The position numbers were made by a program, and so were the translations under genes. Positions 23,150-29,732 of a stretch of 29,732 nucleotides of DNA are shown here, piece by piece. Location of the stretch: contig QPGO01000023.1 in NCBI GenBank assembly GCA_008632985.1, positions 186,001-215,732 on the forward strand, written 5' to 3'. Origin of the DNA: Psammoneis japonica (Eukaryota). Within the stretch, counting starts at the first letter, position 1. Every line of letters begins with the position of its first letter. Below the pieces are notes generated by a model. It did not search any database and was not told the DNA's origin. It saw only the letters and a program-made list of their open reading frames with translations.

Positions 23150-26100
23150 GCTAAGCTGGTTTTCATCATGCAGCGACATGAGAGAATGACTTATGAACAA
23201 GAGGATCTGTGTGCACCTTCACTCGATTTGTCTCACACTGCAAAGAAAGCTGCCATCTGGCTAAACTCTTCATGCTCTTCTTTGAGACAATCAAGAACAT
23301 TGAGAGTGTGTTTGCCAAAAAGAGCTCACTTCCATTCATTCTGCAGAGAGCTTGCTGCAAGTCATTCTGCAACAAAATCAGCATCATCAAACTTCCTGTT
23401 TTGCCCTGGCATTCTCTGGAGCTGGCAACAGCAGGTGGAGCAGCCCACAGAGGACTGCTTCAGACTTTGACTCCACTGGATGCTGGACCAAGAAGTGAAG
23501 ACATGGTTGGCCATTTGCAATCAGGTTTGTTTGCATGCCTTCCCACGGGGCAACAAGCTCACCATGGGGCAGCAGCGCAAATGAGAGCTGCTGTTCATCA
23601 GCAAAGATGCAGCTGCTTTGATGGAAGCCAAAGCCATTCTTCTGGCACCAATGTCCACTGTGTGGACGTCTGACTCTTGTTCATGCCCTTCTGGCATTTT
23701 GCCTGAGAGATGCTCATGCAGAATTTTGAACAATCCTTGTGTTCCACAGCAGCAACACTGAGCCAAGCCCAAAGTGCACATCTTGGGAATGCAATGACTC
23801 TTTGGAAATGCCCAACACCTTTCAAATTTGTTTTCTCCCAGCAGCTTGTTTGAGAATGTCCTGCAGCTTCATTTTGACTTGCAAGGCAGGCAACCAGAAA
23901 ATCCTGCAAGTTCAGACATTTGATGCCTGCCCAGATGACAATTGGCTTGCTCAAAATGATGCAAACAAAGCTTTTGTGCTTTGTGCTTCTTGAGGCAGCA
24001 ATTGTGCCTGCAGCACTGCTCTCAACCAAACATTTTGTGCAGTGCAGTTGGGCATGGAGCATTCCACCAGTGCCATCATCTGTGGTCAGTGGTTTTCCAG
24101 CATGCTTGCCATTTTCATGATGACTCTCGATTGATGCATGCCAAGAAGACAGAGTGGCATTTGGTGCTGTCAATGCTCAGAAAATGCAGTCAATGCCCAG
24201 CTGTCAGCAACCCCTGTGGCTCCTCAATGAACAACATGGGGAAATTGTGAGAGACTGATGCAGCTCAGTGCTTTGACAGCTGTGGCCATGCTCACATCTG
24301 CATCAAGAAAACAGCTTGACTTGGCCATGTGGATGACCTCTCATCTTTGCTGAGAGACTTTTGCAGGTGGAGAGAGCTGAGAACAACAATCACTCACAGA
24401 GCACATGACTGGCAGGTTGTTTTCATTTAGCACACCACCAACATCCATGCCAGAAATGCAGGGGCTGCCAAAATTTGGAAAAAGACAGGCAAGCGGCCCC
24501 ACTTGTGCACCAGCATTGTGGCAGCAGAGAGGAAATGAACAAAGCCTTTGTTGAGGCTGAGATGGTCAAATGTGCAACACAGGCCTTGCCAGCTGCCCAA
24601 GCAGCAGAGTGCATTGAAGCCCCTCCTTGAGTCCAAGCCATTCATTTTTCAATGCATCTGTTGGCATCACAATGTGTGCCATTGCAGCTCTTGTTTTCCA
24701 GATCAATCAAGCATCATCAGAAGGGAGAGAGATGGAGCTCACAATGAAGGGTCACAAGGGGTGGCTTTTTTCATCATGGAATTGTTGAAGCAGTTCCTTT
24801 GGTTTTGGCATGAAGCAAGCGTCAATGACTGGTGCCTTTTTTTTACAGGGTGTGTGCTTGTCAAAGTGTGGCCTCCATGTCTGGGCAAGATGATCCTCCA
24901 CAGACTTGGTCACATTTTTTCAGTGAGCACATCCACAACATTGGTTTTTTTGAAATGTGTTTGCAATGAGGCAGCTTAAAAACATGGCAGCGAACAAACT
25001 TCTGCTTCTTCACCAACAGCATGAAAGCAAGAGCCCCAAAGGACTTTTTCTTTGTCAAAAAATCTCAACACTGAAAAGACCGGGTGGCATTGCAAATTGG
25101 CTTTTGTCACTTGCCAAATGATGCCCAGTGGTGGAAGTGGGTGACAAACATCTTTTTTTTGGCATTGTCAGTTGCTGCCAAATCTGTTGAACAATGCCAA
25201 AGTCCTGAACATTGTGTTCCCAAAGCAATTCACACAATGTGCAAGTCTGCGCAAGCTGTCAGGGCTCTCACCTTGAAATGTGTTCAACAAAGATGCATCA
25301 GATGACATTTCCAATGCACCAAGCACTGCAACTTTAGAGCACCAAAACATGTGTCATGCACTCTTGCAGGTTGAAAATCGTGCATTTCAGCTGGCGCAAA
25401 ATGTGGCAGATGCAGGCAACACACTGCCCCAACTGTGCAAGGGGCAAATTCAGCTCAAGACAAGGCAGTGTTTCAGTTGTGTGAGGGGGGCAAGTCTGGC
25501 TTGCCAAGACAATTCTTGGTGGAGATTGGCTCACAAGCCCAACTTGGCATCACCCCCAACTGCCACAAACAGCAAACCCCACACAATGGCTGTGACATTC
25601 AATCCTGGCACAGCTCTGCAAATTTGGGTGCTGTGACCACTCCAATCTGATGACAAGAAGAGTGTTCTCAATGTTTCAGATGAAGACTGTCAATTTGATG
25701 GAAGACACTGCAGGCCAACAAAAGCAGCCACACCAAAGAAAAGTGCTGACTGCCACGAGGGGGGGGGGACAAGTTGCAACACCTTTTGGAACAAGTGCCA
25801 ACAGAAATGAGTGATGGCCTCATCAAAGATTTTCAATGGACAGCTTGTTGCGTTCATTTTTGACATGCCAGCAGAAACTCGGCATTGTGCTGCTTGCGCA
25901 ATTTCAAGTGGGACGATGCTGAAATGGCAGTTGCCCATCAGCTCATTCAAAAATTTGCACGATGCCAACAGCACTTTCACGATGATGATGCGGCGGCGGT
26001 GTCAGCACTTTCCCACAGCCATGCCACAGCACATCTTTCTTCATGTGACAACACAGATGATTGTTGATGGTTGATTCAGGAGAATGGTCCATTTTGCGCA

Positions 26101-29100
26101 AACCACAGGAGTTTTGTTGATGCATGAATTCAGCATCACACACGGTTGGCCTGTCAACTTGTTCTTGCGGCTGTGTTTCTGTGGATGTGTGAACAGCATG
26201 CGGTGCCTTTACACTGCTGACACTTGCAGTGGTTGGATCCTTTGCATTGCTGCCACTTTTGGTGGTTGGGAGCCTTTGCACTGTTGCAGAAGGATGGTTG
26301 GAGCATTTGTGCTGCTGCAGAAGGACCGTTGGAGTCTTTGCACTGCCTCAGAAAGGATGGTTGGAGCCTTGGTGCTGCTGCCACTTGTGATGGCTGGAGT
26401 CTTTGCATTGCTGCCACTTGTGGTGGTTGGGAGCCTTTGTGCTGCTGCAGAAGGATGGTTGGAGCCTTTGTGCCACTGCAGAAGGACCGCTGGGGCCTTT
26501 GTGCTGCTTCAGAAAGGACGGTTGGAGCTTTGGCGCCATTGCCACCTCAGGTGGTTGTGGTCTTTGTGTTGCTGCCTCTTGTGGTGGTTGGAAGCCTTTG
26601 TGCTGCTACAGATGGTTGATTGGAGCCTTCATGCTGCTGCAGAAGGACAGTTGGGGCATTTGCACTGCTTCAGAACGGACTTCAGAAAGGACGGTTGGAG
26701 CTTTGGCGCTGTTGCCACCTTTGGTGGTTGTGGTCTTTGTGTTGCTGCCTCTTGTGGTGGTTGGAAGCCTTTGCACTGCTGCAGATGGTTGGCTGGAGCA
26801 TGTGTGCTGCTGCAGAAGGACAGTTGGGGCATTTGTGCTGCTTCAGAATGGACAGTTGAGCCTTGGCGCTGTTGCCACCTTTGGTGGTTGGAGTCTTTGC
26901 ATTGCTGCCTCTTGTGGTGGTTAGAAGCCTTTGTGCTGCTGCAGATGGTTGATTGGAGCCTTCATGCTGCTGCAGAAGAAGGACAGTTGGGGCATTTGCA
27001 CTGCTTCAGAAAGGACAGATGGAGCCTTGGTGCTGTTGCCACCTTTGGTGGTTGGAGTCTTTGCATTGCTGCCTCTTGTGGTGGTTGGGAGCCTTTGCAC
27101 TGCTGCAGAATGATGGTTGGAGCCTTTGTGCTGCTGCAGAAGGACATTTAGATCTTTGCACTCCTTCAGAAAGGACGGATGGAGCCTTGCAGCACTGCCT
27201 TGCTTGTGGTGAGTGGGAGCCTTTGCGCTGCTGAAAAAGGATGGTTGCAGCCTTTGCACTGCTTCAGAAGGACAGTTGGACCATTTGCACTGCTTCAGAA
27301 AGGACGGTCAGAGACTTTGCATTGAGAATCCGAGCAATGACAGTGACACTGCCGGTGGCAACACTTGTCGTGAACCAGCTACAATCAAACAACAACCATT
27401 GAAAATGATGATGAAAATCAAATGAGTGGGTTTTGCATGCAAGCCAGAATGTTGGCACATTGTCACATGCAGAAACAATGCTGTGGTCAACATCGAATTG
27501 GAAGAAACTGCAAATCACAGCCTGTCATTGCACCACCATTGCCACACCCGGCAATTTCTCACGTGCTGGTTTGATGGATCTTCGAGATTGCCGCATGGAG
27601 CCACACAGAAATGAGCAAGCAGAATCCCACATGGTTTGCACTGGCATGCCAAAAATGAAACTCGACAAGCTGTCCATTTTGCACTGAGGTTGGCAGAGAC
27701 AAGAGTGGGCCAAAATGCCCTGCACCAGCGAGTGTTGCAGCTTGATTTTCCTTTTTCCTGGAAAACTCAACCCACTGGAGCAGCCTTCAAACCATCCACT
27801 TTTGGGCAATGCACAAAATGATGGATTTTGGAGTGCCCCCCCCCCCCCCCCCCATTGCAAAAGCACCAAGTGTGACTTTAAGTTTTCTGTGGCCAGTTGA
27901 GCAAGGTGCCAAGAAGAAAGCATGAAAATGGGGTCTCAAAGACCTCCTCCCCTTGCAAGTTTAGCCCAAACCCCAAATGAGCTGAAGGGAAAGACTGCCA
28001 TCAGCACCAGCATGGCACACTGTTCCACTGTGCAGTTTTGGCAAAGACTGGAAACAGCATGCAAACCATGGCAACCATGCATGTGGCATTTTGCTCATGA
28101 CAGTGGCAAAGGCACCATCAACCCCCAGGTGCCTCTTTGCTGATACAAAAAGTCAAGTGGTGCAAAAAGTCAAGGCCCAAGTGTCTTTTGGGCACCAACA
28201 GTGCTCTGAAAGAATCTGTTCTGCCTGTCCTGAAATTCACCAGCCCCACAGTGCAAGCTTCTGAGGCCATTGAAGCAGTGCTCTTGCAACAACAGCCAGC
28301 ACTGGCAGCTCATGATCTCAAGCCACGAAGTGGGGTTTTGACAAAAGCCCAACACTGCAAACTCTCTTCCTGCAGAAGGAACTCAAGACAGCTGAGGAGG
28401 CATTTTGGAGCAGCAGACACTGAATCTCCAAGCTCAGACCCAAATGTTGGAGACTGACAATTCACCCTGACCCATCACCAAATGAACAAATTTGCCACAT
28501 GCATGCATTGCATTTCAAATGATTCAATCATCATGGGGTTCTGCAGAGCGTTTTGTCAAGTGGAGAGTTAAAGAGCCCACAAGCAGCAAACGAAGGGGAA
28601 GCAGCAAGAGGAGGTGCAAAAAGAGCTGCAGGGGTGGGAGCAAAGAAGAGGCACACAAGACAAGGCACAGGGCATTTTAAAGAAGGAACAGGAGATGCAT
28701 CAGTGTGAAGTTTGGAGAGGAATCAGAGAGCATGGGCAGAAAGGTGATCATGAACAACGTTGCAGCTGAGAGTTTGGGTTGCCCACACACTGAGATGGTG
28801 CGCAGAGGAGCGGCAGGAGGAGCCGAAACGGTCGGCAGCAATTTGATGCCAGCCAAAGTCAGTGGAGGATAAGAGCACAGATGGTGAAGCAAGATCATGA
28901 GAGAAGGCAATGCAGGAGGGATCGGAGCCTTGGAAAGCAGCGGAGTCGAGCTGAGGAGGCTTGGGGTGGTGAGGAGCAGAGAGCAGGGGAGGAGGAGCCA
29001 AAAAGGCAGGAAGCGATGAAAGAAGAAACCAAGACCACCAAGATCATCAACAGCAAAAGGAAGGAAGAAGATCCCATCATCAATGAGAGACTGAATGGTG

Positions 29101-29300
29101 AGGGAGCCTTCGGAAGAGGAGGCAGCATGTCCAAGAAACTTTGACCTCGTGCTTGTGTGGTGTGCCTCACCCAGTTAGAACTGGAGAGGAAGGAGCAGGC
29201 AGACCGGGAGGAGGGCGAAGGGGAGCTTTGGGGATGGCGACATCGACAGCAATGCAATGGTGATGGGAAGGGGCGGCAACGGAGGCGGGAGGAGGGATGG
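23150..29300. other. Second heavily eroded repeat/TE-derived domain, TpA- and CpG-depleted
   Basis: About 19 TpA counted by eye in ~6 kb, TG/CA excess, Tyr-poor Cys/His-rich spurious ORFs in all frames; no recognisable domain. Confidence 0.75.
26200..27320. repeat. Minisatellite of ~30-34-bp units (core ggttggagcctttg(ca/tg/cg)ctgc) organised as a ~160-bp five-unit higher-order repeat
   Basis: Near-identical ~160-bp blocks start at about 26513, 26685, 26849 and 27011, with more degenerate copies on both sides. Confidence 0.9.
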
Positions 29301-29732
29301 TGATGCCGACATCAGCAGATGTCGAAGGGGGCGGTTCATTCGGGAGGAGATTCTTCATTCGTACTGCAGCTTCTCGCATTTTCATAAATAAACAGCCATG
29401 GAGATAATGAATGTTTACCAGCCACATCTGTCGTGAATGAATCGCCAAAAATCGCATGCCAATCTCGCACACACGCATCTCACAAATCTGCGACCCTCAC
29501 TTGTTTACTAAAAATAAGTTTCCGATTCCTAAAAATAAATCCGTGACGTGGCAAGAATTGTGTGTGTATCGCGTGCATGAGCCGCCGCCGGCACGTTACA
29601 ATGTGTGCATCTCTGATGTTGAGTGTGTGCGGTTAGACCCACACGACGCGATCGCGATCTCATCAAAAAATCAAACATCAAACATCAACCCACCATGAAC
29701 GAAGCAACTCCTTCCGTTTTATGGAGCGAAAT

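Noticed and set aside
23598..24700. Possible MULE-like transposase relic on the minus strand (..SIESHH..)
   Set aside because: Only a vague motif echo; no consistent DDE context, terminal inverted repeats or TSD found.
26084..27151. 355-aa repetitive Leu/Trp/Cys ORF, or a possible CRISPR-like array
   Set aside because: Read-through of a stop-poor minisatellite; units are contiguous and degenerate with no unique spacers and no cas genes.
27836..27853. Long C homopolymer, plus G/C runs near 9287 and 25758 and (CAC)n near 7692
   Set aside because: Simple low-complexity tracts whose lengths are unreliable in long-read data; no functional evidence.
29695..29732. Possible gene start (caccATGAACGAAGCA) after an A/C-rich leader
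   Set aside because: Only 12 codons before the window ends; cannot be assessed.

Overview
Eukaryotic DNA, most likely from a diatom or related ochrophyte (inferred from a bipartite-looking plastid presequence, short GT-AG introns and the gene families). The window alternates between normal-composition gene blocks and heavily eroded repeat blocks. Host genes: a 5'-truncated putative glycoside-hydrolase-like protein, a MscS channel, a two-domain glycosyltransferase ending in a nucleotide-diphospho-sugar transferase (GT77-like) domain, an FkbM-type methyltransferase and an O-fucosyltransferase-like protein; most carry 1-nt frameshifts that may be assembly errors. A full-length Ty1/copia LTR retrotransposon (12648-20534; ~310-bp LTRs; CACCT target-site duplication) sits inside the KVDVEG motif of the FkbM gene. 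The main signal is a repeat-restricted, apparently directional TpA->TpG/CpA (A:T->G:C) hypermutation, the mirror image of fungal RIP. It is seen in reciprocal TG/CA differences between the two LTRs, Tyr->Cys/His changes in conserved retroelement motifs, near-total TpA loss in older repeats, a YTAR bias among surviving TpA sites and spread into the flanking host gene. All counts are by eye and approximate.
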